Origin: Phoronis australis
Lineage: Eukaryota > Animalia > Phoronida
Direction of reading: 5' to 3'
DNA length: 64,000 bases
Assembly (NCBI GenBank): GCA_002633005.1
Contig: NMRA01000749.1
Location: forward strand, 62,001-126,000
Part shown: one piece after another, positions 27,342 through 39,860 of the stretch
Numbering within the stretch: position 1 is the stretch's first letter
Layout of the letters: the number at the start of each line of letters is the position of its first letter
Position numbers and translations under genes: made by a program
Notes under the pieces: model-generated
What the model was told of the DNA's origin: nothing
Seen by the model: the letters and a program-made list of their open reading frames with translations, nothing else
Database searches by the model: none

Positions 27342-28708
27342 GGTTCCTTTACAGTGATGTGTATACAACACCAGGAAATGAAAGCTTAAAATAAAACCTA
27401 GACTTTTTATTTAGAAGCAGGTGACTAATCTTACTTTAGATTACATTTTGAAGACGTTTGTAAACTATAGTTTATACGCAGTTTTAACTTTAGAAAACAA
27501 TTACAATATGGCATACTACAGTCAAATTTCATTTATCAAATTGCTCTGGAAATTTTCGGATCAATCTAATACAAACTGGAGGGCGGGAATGAGATGTAAA
27601 AAAGGCAAGATTGAAAATAGGGCAATGCCATATAATACGGTACGCTTGAATCTCATGGTATTTACCCACGATGATCCAACATCCAGCAAGCAGTTCTCTA
27701 GACTCGTTTTCGCGCTACTGGAATTTCTCACATTATTTGTTGGTAACTTGCTTATTTCAATTTTTACTCAATTGCGATATCTGTATTTGACCGTCCAATG
27801 CCAGCAAAGTATTACTTTTGTGCTGAGGGCACTAACTCCCGATGGCAGAAACTAGAATGAATTTGAGAAGTATCTGTGGACGTGATGTTTACCAACATGA
27901 ACCCAAAAACATTCCTGACATTTGTAAAACAAGACCAAAGTAACAACACGTTTTCCTATCTCTAGGACAAAGGAGATTTCTACACGGAACCATCCATTCA
28001 TTAATTGGAATACATGTTCAGCAAGAACATCAAACTTTTTACACCTACATAAAAGTGAAAGAATTGTTGAACAAAATTAACTTCAAATTGTAGGATTACC
28101 CTTCTGGTAGGGGTTAATTGTAGGATTACCCTCCTGGTAGAGGTTAATGCCAACGTTTGACTTAACGCCCATGTTTCACATTTAAATGCCTATTCTGGGC
28201 TCACGCTAGTGACAAATCTCTTTTTGTACGATCCAGACATCCCTGAAAGTGCCAGTAATTGTAAATGCAATTTTTGAAGGAACTTAAGCTACCAAAACAT
28301 ACGTAACTAAAATAACTTAAAACTAGCTTACTTTTTCGTAATGAACAGCTAGTTACAGTGTTGCCTCATCATATTCAGGTGAGAAACAGTCCACTTATTA
28401 CTGAAAGAGATATGACTTGTTTCTTTTTGCAGTGTGCACTCTATTATTGTCGTACTTGAATATAAAAATGGTGAAGCCATTTGCATGAGTGAATCGACCA
28501 TCCCAGTAAGTGTAAATTCAAACTTAAAACTTTTTCTTTTAAACATTTTTAATCCCCAATTTAAACACCTCTGTCTTTAACTTGGACAAGTGTGGTATGT
28601 TTTGATGACTAAAGTAGAAAAATAACACAAACACAAGTTTAATTAATGCAGTATTTTGGCTATAACCTTAATGAGACAGATAAGTTGACCATTCATACTG
28701 CACTGCCA

Positions 28709-28846
28709 AGGCCCCTCTCCACTGTAATTTAACTTTGATCCACAACCGACATTTACTGACCAATGTTTATCATTCAAACTGACCGCAACTCCCCCAAAAA
28801 TTGGCATAACGATCACCGATGTGTCAATGTTAGTGTAAAAGGGCCT
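28709..28846. mobile_element. MITE family A, short internally deleted copy
   Basis: AGGCCCCTCTCCAC...ACTGACCGCAACTCCCCC...GTTAGTGTAAAAGGGCCT. Confidence 0.55.
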
Positions 28847-29861
28847 TTAGGTTCTTCCAGCCCTCAGACAGACTATATCTTGAGTCCAGCCCAAGTACAT
28901 TTCCATCTGAACTTTCTTCATTTCCCATGAAATGAACAATTCAAAGAGCAAACAATAAACAGTGTCATGACAATAGCCTCAGTAATGATCATTAGTAGGC
29001 TGGCGGAACAAAACCTGTAAATTCAGTGCTTTGTAGTTTGCCAGTAACCATGACCTTGTATTGACCAAGGATCATCAACGGATCATCAACGCCAATAAAC
29101 ATCCTGCCCAAGTTCAAAGAAACCAACTTGGCAAGACCTCATCATGGAATAAGATCACTAAAAAACGTAAATACAAGAGTGACCCTAAAATTGTAATGGA
29201 AGCCTACTTTGAATGGTAACTTCTATCTGTTTGTTGCAATGTTTTGAATTTCATTCTGAGCCCACCACTACCATAAATTGACTAGCGTAGTGAACAGTAA
29301 GGCCAATACTAACTTATACCCACTTAAAAACTGGAGAAAACGCTAGCATTTTCACAAACATTTTCATAAGTAGCAAACACAACAGTCACATGAACAGTTA
29401 CAAGTGTCACTTTTGCTAACACTTGATTGGCGCTTTGAGTAGTCCCATAACTGTTGGTGTTTTCGTTTGCTCTTTTGTTGCCAGATCCCTCAAAGGGCCC
29501 AGATGAGCAAGAGAGCTTTGTTTATAGTCATATTGTTTGATAGAGAGTGAAGCTGTCTTGACTCTGTTGGAGAGGAAACAAACCAACTACCGGCGAAAAT
29601 GACCCTTTGCGGGCAACTCATCTGTACCTAGCGTTTTAGTCAACGAAACTGCGAGTGTTTAAGCTAGCTACATGAACCCATTACTATATCCATCTACGTC
29701 AACCATTACTGCGAGAATCCTAATAAGGTGTTCTATTTAGATACCTATTAAATAAAACAACTTTCAACCTTTTGTTCTCTGTTCTTACAGAGATGCAATA
29801 AGGTGCAAAAAGGCTACGTCATGTACCGTATCATTTGATGAGCCTGCATCTGCGGTATTAA

Positions 29862-30874
29862 AGGAGAATGCCACCTGATTTAATTAAGTCTTTTTTACCG
29901 TCTTAATCAGTGTATATCCACAACGCCTCTTTAATACGGTCGACCTCACCTTGCCGAGATTGTCGCGTTAACCTATGAGGAAGGTGGGAAGTGACGCAGC
30001 GACGTCAATGGTTCGTCTGCAGAGTGAATGCCGCTATATTGCGGTGCATCATTCTTGTTTGTCCAAACTATGAAGCTGCGAAGAAAGCGGGTACATCGTT
30101 TTTTCGACTTCCTCGAGAGACCAAAATGCTTAGGAGGTGGCTCACGGTAGTGAAGAATGAAAGGTACGCTGTTAATAGCAAGTATGAGGCCGTGAAACAT
30201 CTCCGTGTCTGTGGCCGGTATTTCGTCGACAGTGATTTCTCTGACGAATTCCGGCTTACCAAAGAACTATCCATACTTTCCGTTGCCTGTGCATATTCAC
30301 GGCGCCTCTCTAGTATTTCTTGATTAGTGTATTCTGGTTCGCATTGATAGCCTGTGAAACCTAACAATCCGACCCGTGAAGTCTTCGTCAGATGAACTCT
30401 TGACTAAGTCGGGATACGCGCTGGGCGAGTTGCCATGTAGACGTTTCTTATTCTGCTTTCTGTTTCAAAATGAATTATTCTCATCATAACCAATGCTTAT
30501 ATGAAACTGAAACAAAGTCTGTCTCATTAGATAAGATTTGTAATGCCTTTGCAGTATTCGTGAGTGCAAATGTTGAGAAGCCAGCAATGAATAAACCGGC
30601 TTTTGATGCCATAAAGGTAACTGACCGGGCACCGAGGCCGTGTGAGCGCATGCTAATTTACTGTTTGCTGACAGAAAGCTGTTGTGAAACAACCAGTTAT
30701 CGTGTTGTGAACTGCTGAACAGACTGCGTGTGAAACCGATGACGTCATTGGATAATTTCAACACCTCCGTCTGCCGTCTGGTGTCAGGTAACGCAACCGA
30801 ACGTGACGTTATCGAGTAGAACTTCTCAATCTAAATTGATACAAAATAGGTTGTTTTTTGGCTGGCATTCTCCT
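29862..30874 (+). mobile_element. Kolobok-like DNA transposon (internally deleted) with THAP remnant
   Basis: 12-bp TIRs AGGAGAATGCCA / TGGCATTCTCCT; flanks TTAA (left) and TTAG (right). RR..YY termini with a TTAA target and a THAP ORF are Kolobok hallmarks. Confidence 0.75.
30028..30270 (+). pseudogene. Decayed THAP zinc-finger ORF
   Basis: MPLYCGAS/(frameshift)CPNYEAAKKAGTSFFRLPRETKMLRRWLTVVKNER...LRVCGRYFVDSDF follows the THAP pattern MP..C....C.N...SFF.FP......W...RVC..HF...DF, with the His read as Tyr. Confidence 0.8.
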
Positions 30875-32013
30875 TTAGATCATTTTAAGTTTTTATACGG
30901 CCCGGGCCACAGTGGCTAACTTTTGTTTACAAACTTGAGTTTGTAAACATAATTTTGCTAGTGCTGACGTGTCGCCAAACATGACCAGACTGGTTTGCAA
31001 AAATTTGGTCATGCACACCATGAATTTGAAAACTGTTTAGTGTAGTTTGGTGACTTAACCAATCAGCAGACACCTGAAAATCAGGTGCCAGTGTTCAGAA
31101 TGACATCCCTACCCCCTAAGGAAAATTTGGCAGGGTTGGGCGATAATCTTATCAAAACATTACCAAACTTCAATTTGGCCGTGTTTGCAAACTAAAGTTT
31201 GGTAGAGTTTGCTAGTGTAGATGGGACTTAAGTTGCTTTTGCTGGGACTAATCTGGGTAGTCCAAAAAGTGTAAATCTAAAATACCATAAATCCATTTAA
31301 AGAAAGCTTTAAGCCTAAATAAACGAATTCATTTTTCAGCTTAACAGGCAAAAGCTTCACTTTATGGATACAAATATGTCCACCACATTGCGTCCCTCAG
31401 TTTCACAAAAACGTTTCAATAGTACAGTAAAGTTTCACCACTTACGGACACTTTTCGACGTCTGTTATCATAATGCTGAGAATGGACAGTTTTTCAAAAT
31501 ATTCTCTAGTGCTATGGTACAGTTTATTTATTACAAAAACAATAGAAAATAAAATTTCACTTGTCTGCCATTTTGCATCCTAAATTGGTTACATTTTAAT
31601 GCATCAGTTGCAGTCATTGTTTAATTAAGAATATCCCTGGTAAGCCTCAAAATCTGTTCACAAATCAAGTGGCTGCTGTATTAAAAGCCCAAGACCAAGT
31701 GGTTTCCAAGAAAGTACACTTATCCAGACTCAAAGGATGAAAAACTACTCTTGGCACTTGTTTGTTTGGAAACAAAACAAAATGCCACTTGAGATTTGTC
31801 TGGAGTGTCCTTGAAACCTTGGCCATAGTTTCACACACTCAAGATAAAGCTGATAACATTGCATTGGTTTTCCCAGGTTTGGCAAAAAAATGCTGATCTG
31901 ACAAATGCCTGGAAAAATAAATTCATCAAAACTCAGATACTACATTCCTACATTACACTACCACCATAAAATCTTGCCCAAAATCATTGCTAAAATCAGT
32001 ATTCATCATGAAA

Positions 32014-32420
32014 AGGCCCTTTCACACTAACGTCGACACGTCAATGTTTTGGGGAGTTGCGGTCAGTATGAACCGTCAACTTCAGTCCGGGATTGAAGTT
32101 AACAGTCTCAGAAAACTTCGAAGTAAACAAGTGGATTTAACAGCGGAGCATCAATACTGTTGTGCAGTATAAACAGTCAACTTCAGCCTCATTGAAGTTA
32201 TCGCCAGGGGCCACCGCCATCGAGAATAATCAAAGCGCAGTGTCGTCGCTAAAAGTTGCTTATACTTTGCTCGAATAATCACCCATCGAATTAGAAGCAA
32301 GTTTTTAGTCAGTTTGCACACGTAAATTTTCCCAAATTGTCCCATTAAAAAATCTTAGCGTGCACGGGATGCATCAGTGCTACCTTGCGATTACTTTGAT
32401 GACGACAGCGTCGTTCAACA
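32014..32420. mobile_element. MITE family A copy, opposite orientation, partial
   Basis: AGGCCCTTTCACACTAACGTCGAC...TTTGGGGAGTTGCGGTCAGTATGAAC is the reverse complement of the right end of the 38370 copy. Confidence 0.75.
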
Positions 32421-32532
32421 GGTCTTTGGTTTAGAAAGTTGATACAAAAGTTTATGTTTTTATTATTGAAAGTCTGACTACAATGCTACAAAAGTATAAA
32501 ATGCTCACACCATATTCTCTTATCATAACCGC

Positions 32533-32819
32533 TTATTAGTACATATTAGTACATAATAGTACATATTAGTACATATTTGTACATTAGTAAATATTAGTAC
32601 ATATTTGTACATATTAGTACACATTAGTACATATAAGTACATATTAGTACATAATAGTACATATTAGTACATATCAGTACATATTAGTACATATTAGTAC
32701 ATATTTGTACATTAGTAAATATTAGTACATATTTGTACATATTAGTACATATTAGTACATATAAGTACATATTAGTACATAATAGTACATATTTGTACAT
32801 ATTAGTACATATTAGTACA
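32533..32819. repeat. ~11-bp tandem repeat (atattagtaca-type)
   Basis: Direct inspection. Confidence 0.95.
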
Positions 32820-34552
32820 AATCAGGAAGTAGAAAGTTCTTGAGTTACGAATGTTGACAGTTTCAAAAAAAATTACTTCTAACTTCACTGAATGCTCACA
32901 CAATAGCCAGAAGTTGTCAAGTGATATCACACAACTTGTGATGCATACCCTTTTAATGCAGTTAGACGATGGGAAAGGTGCTGGAAGAGACAGCAGGAAA
33001 CCAAAGGAGTGACAAATGTTTGCATAACATCTGCCCTCAGCACTTACATGCTGACAGGGTGAAGACCTGTAGCAGATGAAAAACAGTAGGACCTGATAAA
33101 TTCTCAGTCTGGAGTGGCCAAGGGTTGTTTTTCAAAGTTGCAACACACTAAATTTTTCCACGTTATTTATAAGTACACCCCTTAGGCAAATGAGTGGTTA
33201 AATCTACAATAAAAAGAGACAATATCGCAATCACATTTTACAACCACTTCTCACAGCAACAATATAATAACCAGCACTGACTGACAGGCAACATATCATA
33301 CAGTCATAATGCATTTCATATCACTGTCAAATTCAATTAACTAATTCCCTCCATGACACCTGAGCAGTCTGGCAAGCAGCAGCCTTTCAAACCTTCCTAG
33401 AAGTCACGCTGAACCTCCAATGTAAAGCAGTTCGATGGCCAAGACGTTATGGGCATATAACTGATGAACAAGGAGGCATAAACCTACTGATTAGAAAACA
33501 CTGGAAATAGAAATCAGTGAGAAAGTGCAGATAATTACAGGCAGCCAGATTTATGCGTTTTAGATAACCTTTGTTTTGGCGCCAATTTCCACACACAGTA
33601 GCAGACATAAATCTTCCTTGGTAGTGAGTGGTTATCAATTGAATAGTTAGTTAAGAAAACACAATGCTGGATAAAATTACAGCTGGGACACAAGACAGAT
33701 GACGGCAGTGTTCTGTATATTTCGCTTTTTTTACTACATCAGGTGATGCAAAAACAATCTACTATGCATGAAGGCCAGTCTAGGTACTCCTCCGACAATG
33801 AGAAGGAATAATTCAAGAAGAATTATTGACTCAAGGTGAAACTCTCACAAATGCCTGACTGCTCAAGTAGAAGTGCACACTTGAAATGATGACAATTTAC
33901 GATGCTAGCAAGGGGATACTTTAGTCTGGCTGTGGCTTTCATTGGTTAAAACAAGAACATGCATTGTTTAGTTTAAAGGCCAAATTAGGACAACAGGTAC
34001 AGGTTGAAAATGGCAAGTGGAAAGAGGTCTAGAAGTCCATTAGCACAGCCATAAAACATTAGAAGAAAAAATGAAAGATCTCAGAGAAAGATAAACGAAG
34101 CCAGGTGCATGTTTCTCTCATTATCACTAGGCCTGGGGACATGCTTGTGTCAGGCAAGAGGCATGTGTTAGCCATCAAGTCCTTGATGTGAGTGTTCATT
34201 AGTGATTGATTTGAACCAAATCTGCAAACCTCCTCAATATACCCCCAGGGAGGTGACCTTGACCTTGTATTTTCACAAGACACCTAAATGTAATGGTTCA
34301 GCTTGCGGCACCAGCCAAAAAATGAGGACTGGGACACAAGAACATTAAAGTACTTATTTGAGACACAAAATAGAATAACCAATTGTTATAGACGAGTAAG
34401 TCACTGAGCATCTCGGTCTAGTGTTGCTCAGGAGAAACACTATCAAATATCATGTGTACTTCAAACTCTAAAAAACATCAATAGGACCTCCATACCAATG
34501 TCAACGCATTGACGTTTGCAGCATCGGCTGGTATGTAAGGTTAACTTGGGTC

Positions 34553-34986
34553 CAGGCCTTTATCCAGGATTTTGAAAATAGGGTGTCCAAAATGGGTTCC
34601 CAATATTCCAGGGCGTCCATGATTCCGACGCGTAACCCCCCACCCCGAGCAATCCCCCCAAACACACATTTTACAAAAATGCACAGACCAAGGTTTTTAC
34701 ATCTAAGTTTACAAAACAGCCTTCTGTAGTGAGCATTTTTATTAAAAAACTATGTAGATCCAGACTTTTACAATGCTATCATTCAAGTGTGAGACATTGT
34801 ACATGTCTTCCTGCTTTGAAAAAACAGCCACCACTGTTTGTATTCACTAGCTTCCTAGTAATCATTACAATGTGTCTGTCCAAACTTGAAAGGTTCCTAT
34901 TGATAGTGGGCGTCCTTGCCAGGGCGTCCATATTAGTGCTAGGGCATCCATTTGGACGCCCAGGACATACGCTGCATAAAGGCCTG
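34553..34986. mobile_element. Non-autonomous hAT (MITE), copy 2
   Basis: Termini CAGGCCTTTAT...ATAAAGGCCTG; perfect 8-bp TSD CTTGGGTC (34545-34552 and 34987-34994); highly similar to copy 1 with internal deletions. Confidence 0.92.
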
Positions 34987-35067
34987 CTTGGGTCTTGGAC
35001 TGAAGTACTCATCAAACTGCAATAACTTTGTATAGAAAAAATGAATCAAACACTGGATTTACTGATA

Positions 35068-35275
35068 GGGTTAGTTACATTACATCCTCATCCCATGGAC
35101 TTCGGCAGGCCACTGAGGTGTCACGTGACTCCTCATGTTATCGACAGTAAGAGTTTGCACAGGATACTCTTCAGCACCCTATCCTGCACAAACTGTACTG
35201 GCGATCACGTGATCAGTCACGACACCTCAGTGGTCTGCCGGAGTCCAGGGGATGAGGACGCAACGTAGCTAACTC
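35068..35275. mobile_element. Fold-back MITE with ~60-bp TIRs
   Basis: ggttagttacattacatcctcatcccatggacttcggcaggccactgaggtgtc pairs with gacacctcagtggtctgccggagtccaggggatgaggacgcaacgtagctaactc. Confidence 0.8.
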
Positions 35276-36649
35276 ATTCCGCAAGTCCTGTATTTGATTC
35301 ATTTTTTCTATATTATCTACTCAACTGGACGACTGGCAGCATTCATCATATCGTGCAATAACTTTGATTTAAAAGGTTCAACTAACATCGCATTTTACAT
35401 CGACACTGGACTAGTACTGGAGGTGACTGGATCCAGTTACAACACATATCCGGTTATCTCCAAATTCACCGAGACAACCAAAGTCACATTTTCATTCTGT
35501 ATATATATGCTTTGGAACAAGAATTAATATAGAATTTTCCAGAAATGTCAGCTTTACCAGGAAAAATTTGATTGCAAGCCTTTGATACTATGTCTTATGT
35601 AACGTGCAACAAGAGAGCAATCACATGCTGCAGTCCTATGCAGGTAGAAGAAACACAATTACAAAAAAAGTTTGCCCAAAAAAAACAGACGAACCGCACA
35701 ACAATCGAGTATTGTGCCTTCAATCTGCTCAAATAAAACACCAACGATGCACTCTATCCAAAACATTTATAAATTCTGGTGATTGTAGTGTATAAAATTT
35801 CAATTGAGCCGTCGAAATAAAACAAACCAGACGGGCAGGAAATGTGACCAGTGTATCCTATTCTTTGACAAGAGTACAGGTGTCACGAACAACAGGTAAC
35901 CATAATTGTGTTACGGAAATACAATCACTCTCACAGCTGATTAGATTTGACACAGGATAGGCCTGTTGTTTCGTTTCTTGCCATTCTAGTATGTGGACAA
36001 AAAATTGAGACAAGTTGGCTACAGCATACTTCTTAAGGTCATATCATACCAACTTAACTGGGTACTACAGGAACAGTGATTTAAAAAACTGCGTAGTAGA
36101 ACCTTTCAGACAGGCTGTGTGTGGTACAGGGGCAGATGACTGCATGGCAGAGCCAGAGGGGGTGGGCATTTTCCATAGAGTGTTGCAATGTTTGTAAATA
36201 CTGAACAGGGGGTGGGGAATCTAAGCTCAGCTTGACTCCTACATTTCCCATGTGGAAGGACCAACCATGTTAAAAGGGAGACTAAATACCTCAAGAGAGC
36301 TCACATGCGCAGATTCAAAATCTGATTAAATGAGAAAGTGAATGACAAAAGAAAGACGGCCTGTTGCCTTAAACACCTAAGCACTGCCATCATTAATAAC
36401 CACTGTTTTGGCTCATATTTTGCAGTGAAAGCCTTTGTTTTGGTTGATATTATTACAAAATAAGCTTTCCTAGTCATAAAACATAAAACCATGAACTTAA
36501 CGAATTTATTGAATGCTTCAATAGAAAGATGCATAGCCACAAACTCGATTTTATATAAGTTTGAAATTTGTAACTTCGACTTGACCTAATAAGCACTGTG
36601 TGGGACAATAACATAGCATCAACATCAACTCGGGCAATGGGAATGCGAA

Positions 36650-36865
36650 AGGCCTTTCCATACCAACTCAACTCCACTATCAGTGATTTGTGTCGAAATA
36701 AACTCCGAAGTTAGTTGAACACCTTCCAGACTAGGTTCAGTAGTTAGCAGCCACTGGAGTTCTCGCAGTTTCGACATGTGGGTCATCGAAGTTACCGCAT
36801 TCGTAACTGACAGCGACACCTGCTGATAACAGCAATGATACCAAAGTTAATCATTTACACTGCAA
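36650..36865. mobile_element. MITE family A, degraded left part
   Basis: AGGCCTTTCCATACCAACTCAACTCC...CATCGAAGTTACCGC resembles the left half of the 38370 copy. Confidence 0.45.
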
Positions 36866-38369
36866 AGAAACGGTGATGCTTCAGGCAATGGAAATGCTCT
36901 GAGAATATGGTTTTAGTTGTGGTCAGGAATGGACCTATACTGTTGATGAGGAATATCAAGTGACCCACAGGGAGACTGGGGAAGAGGGATAAACAAAAGT
37001 CAATGACCTATCAAAACATTATACAACCCAGACTTTTTATGAGCCAGGCAATTTATTCAGACCTGTGCAAAGCTTTGACTATTTCAGGCAATGAACATAC
37101 CTTGCATTCCTCAAGAGAAATTTATAACATGATATTATGAGTTATGTAATAGGCAAGAAATTAAATTTCAAAGTTTGTACGTTTCATGGCATGCTGAGCA
37201 AAGTAACAATCCATAAATTGCGTTTATTAAATACATTCAATATTATTTACTTTGCCTAGTTATACCTTACATTCTAAATCTGCACATGGCTGGGTAGCCA
37301 GAAACTGCTCTAAAACCGCTGCTTCACATGGACTTCTTAATATTTCCCAATTTTTAAGATCATGTGAATGGTGTATCTCAATAAAGTGTTAACTCCATCT
37401 TAAATTACAACACCAATAAATGCACAAATGTATATGTAAGTCAACACAGATCTGTTCCAACCATTTACAACACTATACCATTATCATGGAGACATGATCA
37501 TGTATTGTCGACAAGAGCAAAACTTCTTGTAAAACCTTGATCTAACATGAAATAATCGATAGAAGTTAAGTGCCGAAATATCTCAGCTTGGACAGGATTT
37601 CTAGCCACTTAATGAAGTTTTGGGGAACGGATGGCGGAATTTTCTTATCTAAGCAATCCAGCATTGGGCCTGTGGCTTAGGACTTTAGGAGTTCTGCTTT
37701 GACTGGAGAAGGAATTCATTTGAGCCTAGCCTACGGTACTAGACAAGCTTCGTTATCTAATAAAAACATTTCATCAATAGTTTAACTAATTTCAGTATAA
37801 CTAATAAACAGAAATGACTAAAATGTTCAAAAACTTTTTTAACAGCACAGTTTGTAAAGTAGGGATACTAGATATCATAAGAAAGCAGCAGATTTGTGAA
37901 TTCCAACTAATCACAATTAGTTCGAGCTCACATAGTGGTTTCTGTTGCCAAAAATAAGTAACTTGACTGGTCAACGAATAAAGTTAACATTCCCACCGTT
38001 TTCTCCCTAAAACTGAAGACATTTCACATGTATCAGCCCACAGGTGTCAGCACACACCCTAGTGTCAACTGTTGAATGTCAACTGTTCCCTGACAGATGG
38101 CACAAGACCCCGACTCTGGTCAAATTTCACCTATCATGATATTCAATTAACTGGGGGGCTGGCATTATTTGTGGTCTGGCTGATGAAATGTAAGGTACAC
38201 TCAACACCAGAAAATGATGACAAAACCTGGCAATTTTGCATGGCAATGAAAATTAAATTATAGCTTCACTTCATTTAGATAATGATGTACTTGTAACTGA
38301 TACTGAGGAAAGAATGGCACTTATATCAAGACAGTTAATTAAAGCTGCTCTTGGCCTCTCATTCTCATA

Positions 38370-38870
38370 AGGCCCTTTCATGTTGACTCAACTCCGGTCT
38401 TAGCGGAGCGTTGACGTAAACAGCGAAATTGACTAGACCATTCATACTGGCTTCGGTAGTTAATGAACATCGAAGTAAACGGTAAGTGATGCTGTCGTCA
38501 TCGAAGTTATCGCAAGGTACCGCTGCTAAGGTTTTTTTAATGTGATAATTTGGGAACATTTACATGGTAATTGACATAAAACTTATTTTAACAAACCATT
38601 GGTTATTACTAGAGCAAAATATAAGCAGCTATTAGTGACGGCACTATTCTGAAACTGTTGATAATAACAGTGGCACCTGGCGATAACTTCGATTGGACCG
38701 AAGTTAACCGTTCACACTGCGCCACAGCGTCAACGCTGCGCTGTTAAATCCACCTGTTAACTTCTATGTTAACTGGAGCTGTTAACTGCAATCCAGGACC
38801 GGAGTTAAGCGTTCATACTGACTGCAACTCCCCAAACCATCGATGCGTCGACGTTAAGATGAAAGGCCCT
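38370..38870. mobile_element. MITE family A, full copy (PIF/Harbinger-like ends)
   Basis: Termini AGGCCCTTTCAT...ATGAAAGGCCCT flanked by ATA/ATA; internal GTTAAC/TTCATACTG/CGAAGT repeats shared with other copies. Confidence 0.8.
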
Positions 38871-39626
38871 ATAAACTCAGTCTCATAACATTCCTTACCA
38901 CGTTTGGATTATCTTTCCGCAGACAACAAGAAAATCAAAACCATCAGCAATTCAAGTAAATGCTTCAAATTTAATTGGAATTGGACAATTATCCAATTGT
39001 GGACTTGAAAATGCCACATGCAAGTATTGTCTATGTCTTGTGTTGCCAGCTAATTCTATAATGACATTAATTAAACATCAGATGAGTGTGCTAATGTTAT
39101 CAAACTTCAAAGCACTTCGCTTAAGAATTCAACACTAACAACTTAATAAGGGTGAAAAGCAACTTTAAAAATCTATAACTAATGGTATATTCAACGCAGA
39201 ATTCAATAAAAAACAAATGAATAAAAATGAGATTTTTGGGGGGAGCAATTTTGGCTGAAACAAAGTTGCACGATTAGGAAAAGAAAAACCTAGCTTTCTA
39301 AGTAAACCTAATAAAGTGTTTCCTAACACATCCAAAACTTTTACCAAATTCGGGTACAAATTTCGTTTTTCTCGCAATTATAAGATAAATAACCCAAATA
39401 AATGCTTTATCAATTTTAAGTCCTATACCCAATATTAACCACCGCCCAACTGTTTAGAGAAAATGTGGTCATTCACATTATTAAAAAACTAGGATCCTCT
39501 AAAATTAAAAAAAAAAGATTTTGGAAATCAATTTGTCTAAATTGGAGAGATTTCACCATATCCAGTAAAAACGAACTAAAATGAAATGGAACTTAGCCAA
39601 AATTGATGGTATTGTAAGATATTTAC

Positions 39627-39697
39627 CTCAGTCCATCTCCCTTTGAAGACAAGGGAAGCGTTCTCTTCAAACTACCATAATAGTCTCCGTCATTCAT
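39627..39697 (-). CDS. Candidate first coding exon of the KLHL gene (MNDGDYYGSLKRTLPLSSKGDGL-R)
   Basis: ATG (gatcATGa) to CTGAG|gtaaat, 71 nt, phase 2, which fits the BTB exon acceptor. Preceded by a CpG-enriched, promoter/UTR-like segment (39700-39860). Confidence 0.6.
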
Positions 39698-39699
39698 GA

Positions 39700-39860
39700 T
39701 CGACCAACGATTTCTGCTCTGTTTGTTTCTCGCTCTACCGTCCATCTTGACAAAAAGCAGACCCAAAACACGACTAACGCAGTTTCATGGATGACTAGGA
39801 GAGGTGATCTAGCATGCCGTCATAGGTCTCGTGACGCAGACGACATCACATCTGGACTGG
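39700..39860 (-). promoter_or_regulatory. Putative promoter/5'UTR upstream of the candidate KLHL first exon
   Basis: Local CpG enrichment, CRE-like tcgtgacgca, YY1-like aagatggacgg (minus strand). Confidence 0.35.

Noticed and set aside
27421-27855. 144-aa ORF
   Set aside because: GTG start, AT-rich low-information sequence, no splice or domain support.
33048-33066. 19-nt micro-exon-like segment on the minus strand (ctacag|...CAT|gtaagt)
   Set aside because: Length is not a multiple of three and there is no other support.
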